Positions 18,140 through 28,087 of a stretch of 64,000 nucleotides of DNA are shown here, piece by piece. The number at the start of each line of letters is the position of its first letter. Position 1 is the stretch's first letter. The position numbers and the translations under genes were made by a program. Source of the DNA: Candidatus Thorarchaeota archaeon (GTDB lineage: Archaea; Asgardarchaeota; Thorarchaeia; Thorarchaeales; Thorarchaeaceae); assembly GCA_016839605.1 (NCBI GenBank), contig JAEOTX010000044.1, positions 31,854 through 95,853 on the forward strand, read 5' to 3'. Under the pieces are notes generated by a model. That model was not told where the DNA came from. It worked only from the letters and a program-made list of their open reading frames with translations, and made no database searches.

Positions 18140-18599
18140 CTCTCTTTCTCATCATGACTTTAAGAAAGCCGCATTTTCCTGTTTTCAACCAATCTCTTAA
18201 AGTTTGATACTGCCTTCATTTGGAATATTCTCATCCAGTTTGTTATGAAAGAGAATGAATGGACAGCAAACAACGCATAGGCGCGCTTTGCTCCTGTCCC
18301 GAAATACGACGTCTGAGAGCACTTTAACAACACTTTAAGCAGATGACGTACCTGACTGCCATAACTTTAATAAGTTAGCTCTGCCCTCAACTTTGAAGGC
18401 GGTGGGATTGCGGGACATGTCCATCGCTAAAGAGAATGCAAGGCGAGCATGTGGGCTAGTTTTTCGTTACATGCCCTCAATTACGAAACTCCCCCCTCCT
18501 ACCACGATTTCCCGCGTGCTCGTCACCTTTTACTTTTCTAATCCTCCAAGAGCTGTCAGATAAAATCCTTAATTAGCGCCCGAACCTTTTCGATGTCGG

Positions 18600-19523
18600 A
18601 TGTTCAGCATGAATCAGCGGCGAGAACTCAAGTTACTTCAGGTTGATGTTTTTACAGACACGCCCTATGGCGGGAATCCTGCGGCAGTCATTCTTGCTCC
18701 CGAGAGTCTGAAAGAGAATGAGATGGCGAAGATTGCGCAGGAGATGAATGTTCGAGAGACCGTCTTCGTCTTGAAATCAAAAGTGGCTGACCACCGTTTC
18801 ATATTCATTACTTCTAGAGGTGAGATTGATTTCTCAGGACATGCAACAATCGCAGCAATTCATGCACTCATTCATGAGGGTCTCGTGGAGATATACAGGG
18901 ACGAGACTATGGTGAGCATTGAGACCAACGCTGGTTTACTGCAGGCTGACATTGTCAAAAATGACACAACACGACTCCACGAAGTACAGATCACGCATCA
19001 GAAACCACAATTTCTTGACACATACGACCCAAATGACTTCAACGAGGCTCTAGGAATCACTCTAGCTGATATAGACCGCTTAGTGCCAATGCAGACTGTA
19101 ACTACAGGAATTCCCATTCTGGTTGTACCACTCTCCACATTGAAAGCTTTTGAGAAAGTTGTATGTGATTTGAATAGATTGGTTGAACTCCAAAAGGGCT
19201 CTGATTTTAGTTCTCTCTGTGTCTTTACAAGAGCGACCCATGATGAGACTTCTGACGCTCAAGTCCGGCATTTTGCTCCCTCCCTTGGCGTGAACGAAGA
19301 TGCAGTAAGTGGTGCTGCAGCTGCATGTGTGGCTAGTTATATGATCCGATATGGAATTATAGACGATACTCTAGGAGTCGCGAGTATTGTTGTCGAACAA
19401 GGCCACGCAGTTGGACGACCGGGAAAGAGCTTCGTCGAGGTTCGAGGAGACAAAGAGAATATCGAGCTTGTGAAGGTGAGCGGAACGGGTATTGTGATTA
19501 TGAAAGGGACGCTTTACATCTAG
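18600..19523 (+). CDS. PhzF family isomerase
   Basis: 307 aa. The N-terminal LLQVDVFTDTPYGGNPAAVIL motif and two-domain length fit PhzF/YddE. Confidence 0.85.
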   Translation: MFSMNQRRELKLLQVDVFTDTPYGGNPAAVILAPESLKENEMAKIAQEMNVRETVFVLKSKVADHRFIFITSRGEIDFSGHATIAAIHALIHEGLVEIYRDETMVSIETNAGLLQADIVKNDTTRLHEVQITHQKPQFLDTYDPNDFNEALGITLADIDRLVPMQTVTTGIPILVVPLSTLKAFEKVVCDLNRLVELQKGSDFSSLCVFTRATHDETSDAQVRHFAPSLGVNEDAVSGAAAACVASYMIRYGIIDDTLGVASIVVEQGHAVGRPGKSFVEVRGDKENIELVKVSGTGIVIMKGTLYI

Positions 19524-19593
19524 TCGGTGCCGTTACTGCTCTTCTCCAAAGCCTTATCTTAGCTGTGCTTTGGTTTCTGCTTAGTGAAAATCC

Positions 19594-20982
19594 ATGCTTG
19601 ACCTCATGACCAATGCTATCGAAGGTATCTCTGATAAGAAAGTAACATTCGCGGACATTCGTCAGGAGTCCAGAGTGGGCACTATGCTTGCTGTTGTCAA
19701 TGGAGCGCTCAGACGTTTCAATCGTACAAATAGAGCTGGTACTGTTGCCAGAGTTCTAGTTGGTGAATGTTGGGGGCAGGCATCAACAACCAAAGAAGCA
19801 ACGAAGGCACGTCTGGAGATGCTTCTTTCTGAAGCAACGAAGATGGCGAAGGCAAGCGCGAAATACTCGCGAAAGGATATTGACCTCTCTAACGTCAATT
19901 CCGAACAGAAATCTGTCTGGCTTTCTGTGAAGGAAGATCCACAGGATGTTTCTACGGAAGAGAAGATCGATTTTGTTATAGCACTTGACAAAGGCATGAA
20001 GATTGATGACCGAATTGTCAATACCAACACAAGCTACCAAGACGGGAAACTGCTCATTAGGCTAGTCAATTCAGAAGGAGCAAGACTTGAATGGGATGAG
20101 CTCCGAATTCGAGCCTTTGCAAATCCAGTAGCCAGAGAGGGCGATAGGATGCATTATGACTATGATGTAGTCGCTGGGCAAACTGGATACGAGCTGATCA
20201 GAGGAGTTGACATAAATGAGTTCACCTCAAGAATCGCCCAAGGTGCTCTGGATTTATTATCAGCAGAGAAGCCGCCTTCGGGTAAGATGACCATCATAAT
20301 GGATGGCGACACATCTGGAATTATCGCTCACGAGGTCTGTGGTCATGGTAGTGAAGCTGATGAGGTTGTTAAGGAGCGCTCCTTTCTAACTGGCATGGTT
20401 GAAAAGAGAGTCGGGTCAGATCTGGTGACAATGGTAGATGATGGAACTCTACCAGGCAAGTTGGGCTCCTTCCCATATGATTCTGAAGGAACTCCTGCCA
20501 CTAAGACATTCATCATCGAAGATGGAATATTCAGAGGTTACATGCATACCCTAGAAACTGCTGCAGTCATGGGTGTAGATCCGACAGGCAATGGACGAGC
20601 TCAGGATTATAATCGTAGAATCTTCGCTCGAATGAGTAACACATTCTTTGGACCCGGCGAATGGTCTACAGAGGAGATGATCTCCGACACCAAGGATGGT
20701 CTTTACATCATAAAGCCAATGAGTGGGATGGAAGACGTAGTGGGTGGTGGAGTCCAAGTGAGTTGTCTGAAAGGCTATGTCATCAAGAATGGTGAGAAAC
20801 AACAGCTTGTTAGAAGTAATGCATTGGCCGGCAAAGTGTTAGATATCTTGGCTACAGTCGATGCAGTCAGCAAGGATATGACCTTCTCTGGGGGTACTTG
20901 TGGCAAAGGTGAAGAGGACTGGGTCTCTGTGACGAGTGGGGGGCCGCATATGCGCGCCGAACTCATCGTTGGAGGTGGGTAG
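19594..20982 (+). CDS. tldD: TldD family metalloprotease
   Basis: 462 aa with HEVCGHGSEAD (HExxxH zinc motif). Directly followed by the PmbA-like partner. Confidence 0.9.
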   Translation: MLDLMTNAIEGISDKKVTFADIRQESRVGTMLAVVNGALRRFNRTNRAGTVARVLVGECWGQASTTKEATKARLEMLLSEATKMAKASAKYSRKDIDLSNVNSEQKSVWLSVKEDPQDVSTEEKIDFVIALDKGMKIDDRIVNTNTSYQDGKLLIRLVNSEGARLEWDELRIRAFANPVAREGDRMHYDYDVVAGQTGYELIRGVDINEFTSRIAQGALDLLSAEKPPSGKMTIIMDGDTSGIIAHEVCGHGSEADEVVKERSFLTGMVEKRVGSDLVTMVDDGTLPGKLGSFPYDSEGTPATKTFIIEDGIFRGYMHTLETAAVMGVDPTGNGRAQDYNRRIFARMSNTFFGPGEWSTEEMISDTKDGLYIIKPMSGMEDVVGGGVQVSCLKGYVIKNGEKQQLVRSNALAGKVLDILATVDAVSKDMTFSGGTCGKGEEDWVSVTSGGPHMRAELIVGGG

Positions 20983-20983
20983 A

Positions 20984-22345
20984 ATGAACCTAAGTGAGAT
21001 TGCCAGTAAGTTAGTAGCCAAGTCAGAGGGTGCCGGGGCCTCACAGGCCGAAGCTTATGCAGTTCTAGCTAAGACCTCCAGTATTTACATTGATGACAAT
21101 ATACCAAAGATTGCGGATGTCAAGGAAGAAGTTGGCGTTGGACTCAAGTTCATCACAGGCAAGAAAATCGGTTTCACTAGCTCCACTCTTCTGTCAGAGT
21201 CTATTGAAGACGTAGTTGAACGTGCAATGTCAATGGCGAAGGTTTCTGCAGAGGACGCCAAGTTCGTTTCGCTGCCTGATCCTAAGAAACCTGCTGGCTC
21301 TTCCGACCGCTTTTATGACCAAACTACTGGAGAGGCTGACAGTGATGTCTTACTTGAAAGGACTATGACACTCGTTTCCTCTGCAGTTAGCGACAACGTC
21401 AGTGTGCCAAATGGAGTTCTGAGAGCGAGTTCTACGGATTTCCAAATCACAAACTCTCTCGGAGCAGAAGCAGAATCCAAGTCTACCATGGTCTTTGGTT
21501 ACTTCACAGCGAAAGCGGAAGAATCCAATTCTGTTGGTGAAGGTGTGCAGCGATGCTGGTCAAGGAATCTCAATGATGTGGATTTTGCATTTATCGGAGA
21601 GAAGCTCAAGCATCAGGCCCTGGATGTAGTTCAGGCGAAAGGATTCAAGGAGAACTGGAAAGATGCTATAGCAGTGCTCGCTCCCAGTGAGGGCAGTGAG
21701 ATGCTTGGAAGCATGGTTGGATTTGCAGTATCAGCGGAGAACGTGAACAATCGTTCCAGTCCATGGACTGACAAAGTAGGTGATTCTGTAGCACATGAGA
21801 GTGTGACAATTGCTGATAATGGCTTATCTGAGAAAGGTCTGTTGAGTGCAGTAGTAGATGATGAAGGAACACCAATGCAGACAACACCCATACTTGACAA
21901 AGGTGTATTGAAATCATATCTCTATGATAGCTATAATGCCTCGCAAGTCGATTTGGCATCCACTGGAAATGGTATTAGACGTGATTCTCGTGACGCGCAG
22001 GGCTCATTTTCAAGTCCAGTTCGATGCAGGTCTACTACACTTGAAATACCTGCCAGCACAAAGAGTATCGATGATATCATCGGCGAAGTGAAGCGTGGTG
22101 TCTACATTGAGCACTTTGCGTGGCCACAGGCCGATCCACTTGCTGGTACATTTTCCAATGAAATACGCAATGCACAGCTGATTGAGAATGGCGAGCTGAC
22201 GACTAAGATCAAATATGCACTTCTGGTCGGCAATCTCTATGAGGCCATCCAACGTGAAGTAGTATTTGGCTTCGACTTGGAAGTTCATAACAATCGCGTG
22301 ATGCCCACCATCGCAATCTCGGGTACAGAGATTGTTGGTCAATAA
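20984..22345 (+). CDS. pmbA: PmbA/TldE family protein
   Basis: About 453 aa from the ATG at 20984, which is preferred over 20936 because that start overlaps tldD. U62 family layout without the HExxxH motif; adjacent to tldD. Confidence 0.85.
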   Translation: MNLSEIASKLVAKSEGAGASQAEAYAVLAKTSSIYIDDNIPKIADVKEEVGVGLKFITGKKIGFTSSTLLSESIEDVVERAMSMAKVSAEDAKFVSLPDPKKPAGSSDRFYDQTTGEADSDVLLERTMTLVSSAVSDNVSVPNGVLRASSTDFQITNSLGAEAESKSTMVFGYFTAKAEESNSVGEGVQRCWSRNLNDVDFAFIGEKLKHQALDVVQAKGFKENWKDAIAVLAPSEGSEMLGSMVGFAVSAENVNNRSSPWTDKVGDSVAHESVTIADNGLSEKGLLSAVVDDEGTPMQTTPILDKGVLKSYLYDSYNASQVDLASTGNGIRRDSRDAQGSFSSPVRCRSTTLEIPASTKSIDDIIGEVKRGVYIEHFAWPQADPLAGTFSNEIRNAQLIENGELTTKIKYALLVGNLYEAIQREVVFGFDLEVHNNRVMPTIAISGTEIVGQ

Positions 22346-22464
22346 TGCAAACTCAACAAGACCTCAGCTTCGCCTATTCGCTAAGTGTAGTTCGACAGGT
22401 TGGAAACCCTAAAAAGGAGCCTACTTTAGAAGCGAATGTAGATTGCGTGAAGAGAGGATTTTTC

Positions 22465-23547
22465 ATGAGCAGATTCAAGGATACTTGGGATGAAGAGGTT
22501 GAGAAGATAAACTTGGCTCTTGATGAGTTCCTTTCCAAGAAGAGGGAAGCAGCCCTTCACATGGGCCCCATCCATGATCAGTACTATGCCAACATCAAGG
22601 AGTACATCATGCGGGGTGGAAAAAGACTTCGTCCATTGGCTGTAATAATGGCACATAAGGCAGTGAAACGTGATATTGAAGTTGAGTATCTTTACCGAGC
22701 CGCTTGTTCGCTTGAGATTTTGCATAACGGTTCACTTCTTCACGATGATTTGATAGACCATGACGAAACAAGAAGAGGCGGTCCTACATTCCATGCCCGC
22801 TATCGCGACTGGTACAAGGACCAAATCGATTCCCGGCCTGAGAAGGCTGCAGATTTCGGAATGACACTTGCCATCCTTGGTGGCGATTCTCTCATCAACC
22901 TTGGTTCAGAAGCCATCAATGCGTCTGAGCTGAAGCCTGAGGTGAGCATGAATCTACTTGATCTCTATCAGAAAGGTTTCAGTGATCTAGTTGAGGGTGT
23001 GCTGCTAGAGATGACAATGATAAACAATCCAGATGTCGATGAAGCTACATACATGGAAATGGTCTATCGAAAAACAGCAACTCTGTTTCAGAAGGCTCTA
23101 GAAATGGGTGCCATAGTAGCTGGAGCAGGCGAAGCTCAACTTGACGCGTTCAGAGAGTTTGGGAGTAAGGTAGGACAAGCTTTCCAAATGCAGGACGATA
23201 TTCTGGGCTCATTCGGAGATGAAGCTGTAACTGGTAAGTCAGCATCTGGCGACATTAGAGAAGCGAAGAAGACCATGCTGCTCATACAGGCACTTCGAAG
23301 GTCTAATCCAGAGCAAAAGAAGACTCTAGAAACTCTTCTTGGAAAAGATGATATGACTGAAGATGAAGTAGACAAGGTTCGAACAGTCTTTCGCGATTCT
23401 GGAGCTCTAGAAGCCACCGAAGCGATCAGAGACAAACTCCTGCAGGAGGCTCAATCTGCTTTGAAGAACACAGAGCCACCACTTGACCCAGAATACCTCG
23501 AGTTCTTGATCTCACTCTCAGAATTTCTCACAACAAGAGCGTTCTAG
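22465..23547 (+). CDS. polyprenyl (geranylgeranyl) diphosphate synthase
   Basis: First Asp-rich motif LLHDDLIDHDETRRG and second Asp-rich motif FQMQDDILG. ATG at 22465 is preferred over 22345. Confidence 0.85.
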   Translation: MSRFKDTWDEEVEKINLALDEFLSKKREAALHMGPIHDQYYANIKEYIMRGGKRLRPLAVIMAHKAVKRDIEVEYLYRAACSLEILHNGSLLHDDLIDHDETRRGGPTFHARYRDWYKDQIDSRPEKAADFGMTLAILGGDSLINLGSEAINASELKPEVSMNLLDLYQKGFSDLVEGVLLEMTMINNPDVDEATYMEMVYRKTATLFQKALEMGAIVAGAGEAQLDAFREFGSKVGQAFQMQDDILGSFGDEAVTGKSASGDIREAKKTMLLIQALRRSNPEQKKTLETLLGKDDMTEDEVDKVRTVFRDSGALEATEAIRDKLLQEAQSALKNTEPPLDPEYLEFLISLSEFLTTRAF

Positions 23548-23551
23548 GGAT

Positions 23552-24232
23552 TTATTCATGACTAATCAGACGCAAACTCAGGAGGAGTACATCTTCTCCC
23601 TTGGATGCTAGGATATGCCCCATGGGTTTCCTCATGCCTGGTATATTCTTTCTGATATATCTCAGGAATTCATCTGGCGATTCCAGCAATGCGCGTCGCA
23701 TTCCTTCTATATGTTGCATGAGAATCTCCTTTACCGCATTATCAGACATTTCGCCCCGAATCACCTTGTCTCTCAATGTACTTAGGATGTCTTCTGCAAT
23801 GATCCTGGATTCGGTCACAATCCTTCCATGAGGAGTTTTCTTCTTCCTCCTCTGTTTGTGACGGGCTCTCTTTGCCGCCTCAAGGAGTTCTCGAATCTCG
23901 TCCTCGTCCTGGAGCTCCTCCTCCATGTCTGACTCGATCACAAGTTTCCTCCAAGCTTTCTTTCTCTGAAACTCAAGAGGTGATACGAAGCCTTTTGCGT
24001 GCATCTCTTTCAAGTGCTTCTTAAACTCCTCTTCAAGCATGACTGAACTTGGACCAGACATGTGCAGATATTTCTGAAAGAGTACAGCTTCAAACTCGAT
24101 TATTGACCATCCAAAAGCCCTGACTATATTGACCTCTACAGCTCTCTCATAGTCATTGGGTTCAAGTCTTCCATACATCCCTATCCGATGCTCCCTCAAC
24201 TTATATGGTTTCAGATAGTCCGTCTGAAGCAA
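23552..24232 (-). CDS. hypothetical protein with a basic central segment
   Basis: 226-aa ORF with a central RARHKQRRKKK tract and acidic/helical composition. No recognised family. Confidence 0.55.
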   Translation of the reverse strand: MLQTDYLKPYKLREHRIGMYGRLEPNDYERAVEVNIVRAFGWSIIEFEAVLFQKYLHMSGPSSVMLEEEFKKHLKEMHAKGFVSPLEFQRKKAWRKLVIESDMEEELQDEDEIRELLEAAKRARHKQRRKKKTPHGRIVTESRIIAEDILSTLRDKVIRGEMSDNAVKEILMQHIEGMRRALLESPDEFLRYIRKNIPGMRKPMGHILASKGEDVLLLSLRLISHE

Positions 24233-24359
24233 TATGAAGGTATGCGCGAATCAAAAATCGACAGGTATGACTGCTTGGAATGTGGCTGTTCTTAAAATTG
24301 AGAGTAAAAAAAGAAAGGGGCGTAGTCTGGATGACTTCCAGACTACAGCTGTATTTGGG

Positions 24360-26324
24360 TTATCTTCTTCTCATCACTATGACAATGAGCACTATCACCA
24401 CTATTGCTCCAACACCGACTGCTAGAAGCAGCATTGGATCGATCGGCGGTGGCGGTGGTGGTTCAGTTGTCGTAGTAGTTGTAGTAGTTGTGGTCGTTGT
24501 AGTCGTGGTGGTAATGTCTGGAGTGTTTATTGCGGTATCAATGCCCCACTCAATCGTTTGGAGGACCAAGTTATATCCATCCAAATCAGTTCGGCCTGAT
24601 TGAGTGTCTTGGTACATTGGAGCATGTGAGCCGTAAGGTGGTCCACCTGATACTGCAATGACACCAGTTTCTGTAATTCCAGCATTCACCTCAACAGCCA
24701 TTGCTACGAATTGGCCAAATGTCCCATCTGTGTGAGCATATGGCGCAACCAAGTCCTGATCTCCAATTGTCCCGTTGAAGAAGTACAGCACTGGATAGAC
24801 GTCTTCAATTGAACCAGTTTCAAGGTCAACTACATCCGCTCCCTCAGTAGCTGATGTGCTGCCATAGATTAGAGTTGGACTGTGGACGAGCACATTGCTG
24901 ACATCCTGAACTAGGTCTGCCACGAACGCATCGTCACTGGTGATGTTTGCTACGGGACGGTAGTTTGATCCCGCATAGGAATCGTCGTCTGAAATCGTTG
25001 TGGGCTCTGGATAGATGTGTGAGCCAACATCACTCAGAATCGTAGTAACGTTACTTGTCTTCCATGCACCTCCACCGTAGTCCGAGTCAGCTCCTACCCA
25101 TAGGAACTTGTGACCCATTTCATACCAAGCTTCAATAGCATCATACTCAGCCTGAACAAAAGGTGTTACTCCTGATGAAGCCTCATGATTGATTGCACCA
25201 ACCAGAAGCGCATCGGCACCAGCAAGAACTGATGAGTTTATGCCTCCGAATGCGAACACGACCTCATATCCCATGAGAGTCAGATTTCGCTCCATCCATG
25301 TGTCAAAGCTGTCGAAGATGTAGTCCTCATATTGACCATGACTCATGTCAAAGACAACCTTGCCCTTGTAGTCAGTCATCCGAATACCCCACTCAATAGT
25401 TTGGAGGACCAAGTTATATCCATCCAAATCAGTTCGGCCTGATTGAGTGTCTTGGTACATTGGAGCATGTGAGCCGTAAGGTGGTCCACCTGATACTGCA
25501 AGGACTCCGGTTCCTGCACTTCCAGCATTCACCTCAACAGCCATTGCTACGAATTGGCCAAATGTCCCATCTGTGTGGGCATATGGCAAGGTCAAGTCCT
25601 GATCTCCAATAGTCCCATTGAAGAAGTACAGTACTGGGTAGACATTATCAACTGATCCAGTCTCAAGAGCGACCGCATCCTGTCCCTCAGTAGCTGATGT
25701 GCTGCCATAGATCAGAGTTGGACTGTGGACGAGCACATTGCTGACATCCTGAACTAACTCTGCCACGAACGCATCGTCACTGGTGATGTTTGCTACGGGA
25801 CGGTAGTTTGATCCCGCATAGGAATCGTCGTCTGAAATCGTTGTGGGCTCTGGATAGATGTGTGAGCCAACATCACTCAGAATCTGAGTCACATTGCTTG
25901 TCTTCCATGCACCTCCACCGTAGTCCGAGTCAGCTCCTACCCATAGGAACTTGTGACCAGTTGCATACCAATCTGAAATCGCATCATACTCAGCCTGAAC
26001 AAAAGGTGTTACTCCTGATGAAGCCTCATGATTGATTGCACCAACCAGAAGCGCATCGGCATTAGCTAATATTGATGCGTTTATACCTCCCCAGGCAAAA
26101 ACTACATCATAACCCATGAGTGTGAGGTTTCCCTCCATCCATGTGTCAAAACTATCGAATATGTAGTCCTCATACTGACCGTGGCTCATATCAAAGACTA
26201 TAGTGCGCGATGGTAGAGCAGCACTCGCCTCCATAGGGCCAAAGCCAAGGATGACGACGCCAGGAACAACAACAAGTCCAACTATCATCATCAAGAGGAT
26301 ACTACTCGAGTATTTCTTTTTCAT
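24360..26324 (-). CDS. cell-surface protein with duplicated ~281-aa domain, Thr/Pro stalk and C-terminal membrane anchor
   Basis: N-terminal signal-like segment (MKKKYSSSILLMMIVGLVVVPGVVILG), then two near-identical domains. These are followed by 16 Thr, E and 6 Pro, a hydrophobic helix (LLLAVGVGAIVVIVLIVIVM) and a terminal RRR. Confidence 0.8.
   Translation of the reverse strand: MKKKYSSSILLMMIVGLVVVPGVVILGFGPMEASAALPSRTIVFDMSHGQYEDYIFDSFDTWMEGNLTLMGYDVVFAWGGINASILANADALLVGAINHEASSGVTPFVQAEYDAISDWYATGHKFLWVGADSDYGGGAWKTSNVTQILSDVGSHIYPEPTTISDDDSYAGSNYRPVANITSDDAFVAELVQDVSNVLVHSPTLIYGSTSATEGQDAVALETGSVDNVYPVLYFFNGTIGDQDLTLPYAHTDGTFGQFVAMAVEVNAGSAGTGVLAVSGGPPYGSHAPMYQDTQSGRTDLDGYNLVLQTIEWGIRMTDYKGKVVFDMSHGQYEDYIFDSFDTWMERNLTLMGYEVVFAFGGINSSVLAGADALLVGAINHEASSGVTPFVQAEYDAIEAWYEMGHKFLWVGADSDYGGGAWKTSNVTTILSDVGSHIYPEPTTISDDDSYAGSNYRPVANITSDDAFVADLVQDVSNVLVHSPTLIYGSTSATEGADVVDLETGSIEDVYPVLYFFNGTIGDQDLVAPYAHTDGTFGQFVAMAVEVNAGITETGVIAVSGGPPYGSHAPMYQDTQSGRTDLDGYNLVLQTIEWGIDTAINTPDITTTTTTTTTTTTTTTTEPPPPPPIDPMLLLAVGVGAIVVIVLIVIVMRRR
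24465..24512 (-). repeat. poly-Thr coding microsatellite-like tract (16 Thr) followed by Pro6 (24444-24461)
   Basis: Sixteen consecutive ACN codons on the minus strand. This tract produces a spurious poly-Val ORF on the plus strand. Confidence 0.9.
24519..26204 (-). repeat. intragenic tandem duplication, 2 x 843 bp
   Basis: Copy B (24519-25361) and copy A (25362-26204) are offset by exactly 843 bp. For example, CCCCACTCAAT occurs at 24544 and 25387, and identical runs of roughly 100-125 nt are read by eye. Confidence 0.9.
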
Positions 26325-26583
26325 TATGTATTAATCCTCCTTCGTTTCCTAATCTTTTTTGCAGAACGAAGATACATGTTTACCGAGTGAGTACTATTTA
26401 GACTTTTAGGCCTGTTTCAAACGCGCATAACATCATGATTTGCCAGGTGCAAAACAACATTGGAGCTTTAGCTCACTTGTTCTTAAATTGATGAGAACAG
26501 ATTTATAGCCATGAGTGAAGACATATGAACCTGACAAGACCTGAATGACTGCTAGGTCACTTAAAAGGAGAGAGGAATAATAA

Positions 26584-28071
26584 ATGAGCGAGTTCGAAGC
26601 CGCAGGTGGTTCGAGAAATGCTATCTTGGCGGTAGTTGTAATAGTCATCATCGGGGTGGCAGGTGTCACATGGGTGTTTCTTGGTGGACTTCCACCCGTT
26701 ACAACAACAACGACGACGACAACAACAACCACCACCACTACTACTACCACTACTACTAGCCCCGTAGGGCCAAAGACGCTTGTTGTTTTAACAAGACATG
26801 ACGTCGCAATTCACAATGTATTTGAACCTGCGTTCTTGGCATCTGATTTTGCTATAGCGAACGATATTGTTGAAATTACTTGGAAGACGCCAGACTTTCA
26901 ATTCTGGGATGATGTGATAGACACAAATGGGGCTGATGTATGCTGGGGAGGCGGTCCGACATCGTTTGATCAGTTAGCGCAAGACGGTCGTCTATCTCCC
27001 TTGACCAGCACACTGATGGTAGATGCGGCTGCCAGAGTCAATGATACCATTGCAGGGGCTAATATGAAGCGACTTAACGCTCAATCGCAGCTTGTGTGGA
27101 TTGCTGCAGCCATCTCATCATTTGGATTCACTGTCAACCACGACTTCCTCACAACGCATTCACTGCCAGTTCCCAACAACTGGACAGACCTTGCACAACC
27201 AATCTATGGAAGCTTGCTGCCAACAACTCCTACTATTGCTATGGGTCATGCACCGGGCACGACTTCCAATACCCGTATCTATGAAATCATTACTCAGGGT
27301 CTCGGGTGGGATGCGGGCTGGGCTACCATGGCAAGGATGGCTGGGAGCTCAAATATCTATGGTGGTTCAGTAGACACTCAACAGGCGGCTGAAACTGGAG
27401 AAGTCGGGATTTCTATGTCAATCGATTTCTATGGTTATCAGACACAAGAGAACAATCCTGACTGTGAATACATTATACCTCAGGATCAGACAATTGTGAA
27501 CGGGGATCCAATTGCCATTGCCTCGACAAGCTCTCAGAAGCAATTGGCAGAGGGTTTCATTGACTTTGTGCTCACCCCATATGGCCAATCACTTTGGCTA
27601 GATGACAACATTCTACGGATGCCTGTCATGAGGGAGGCTTTTGATGAGCCAGGAGCTGCTGGAAAGGATAGATTGTACTCTGTGTTCAATCAGACCACCA
27701 AGACATTAGGGATTGATTTCAATGACACACTTTCCTTAGAGATCAATGCTGCTTTCGTTCAATACTGGGGATCAGTCTTCACCGATGCACAATCTGAGCT
27801 AGTAAACTGCTGGACAACGATTCTAAATGCATATGACAATGGCTGGATAGATGCCAGCGAGTTGGAAACGTATGCCGCTGAGATGGGAGCTCCAATTACC
27901 ATTCAGGATCCAGATACCTTGGTGCTTGAAGAGTTCACAATCGACTATGCTAGACGGATAAACCATGACATGATCTACGACGCATCATACAAGGCTGACG
28001 TAAAAGCTGCCTGGACAAACCAAGCCAAGTCACACTACAACACAGTTGCTGCTTCAGTACCAACATCCTGA
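26584..28071 (+). CDS. ABC transporter substrate-binding protein, tethered by an N-terminal TM helix and poly-Thr stalk
   Basis: 495 aa with N-terminal hydrophobic helix AILAVVVIVIIGVAGVTWVFLGG, then 19 Thr, then a periplasmic-binding-protein-sized domain. It is followed by permease and ATPase genes. GGAGAGAGG lies upstream of the ATG. Confidence 0.8.
   Translation: MSEFEAAGGSRNAILAVVVIVIIGVAGVTWVFLGGLPPVTTTTTTTTTTTTTTTTTTTSPVGPKTLVVLTRHDVAIHNVFEPAFLASDFAIANDIVEITWKTPDFQFWDDVIDTNGADVCWGGGPTSFDQLAQDGRLSPLTSTLMVDAAARVNDTIAGANMKRLNAQSQLVWIAAAISSFGFTVNHDFLTTHSLPVPNNWTDLAQPIYGSLLPTTPTIAMGHAPGTTSNTRIYEIITQGLGWDAGWATMARMAGSSNIYGGSVDTQQAAETGEVGISMSIDFYGYQTQENNPDCEYIIPQDQTIVNGDPIAIASTSSQKQLAEGFIDFVLTPYGQSLWLDDNILRMPVMREAFDEPGAAGKDRLYSVFNQTTKTLGIDFNDTLSLEINAAFVQYWGSVFTDAQSELVNCWTTILNAYDNGWIDASELETYAAEMGAPITIQDPDTLVLEEFTIDYARRINHDMIYDASYKADVKAAWTNQAKSHYNTVAASVPTS
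26701..26757 (+). repeat. poly-Thr coding tract (19 Thr)
   Basis: ACA/ACG/ACC/ACT codons x19. This tract produces a spurious poly-Val ORF on the minus strand. Confidence 0.9.
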
Positions 28072-28087
28072 CAGGCGGCAGTTGAAA

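Noticed and set aside
24280-24603. 107-aa plus-strand ORF with a poly-Val run. A similar minus-strand ORF (26433-26750) is also poly-Val.
   Set aside because: Both are the antisense reading of the poly-Thr (ACN) tracts of the surface protein and the substrate-binding protein. They are low-complexity artefacts lying fully inside or against better-supported genes.
24519-26204. Large direct repeat considered as a possible CRISPR array or mobile-element terminal repeats.
   Set aside because: There are only two units of 843 bp, contiguous, in-frame and coding for a duplicated protein domain. There is no short repeat/spacer periodicity, and no cas or transposase genes are in the window.
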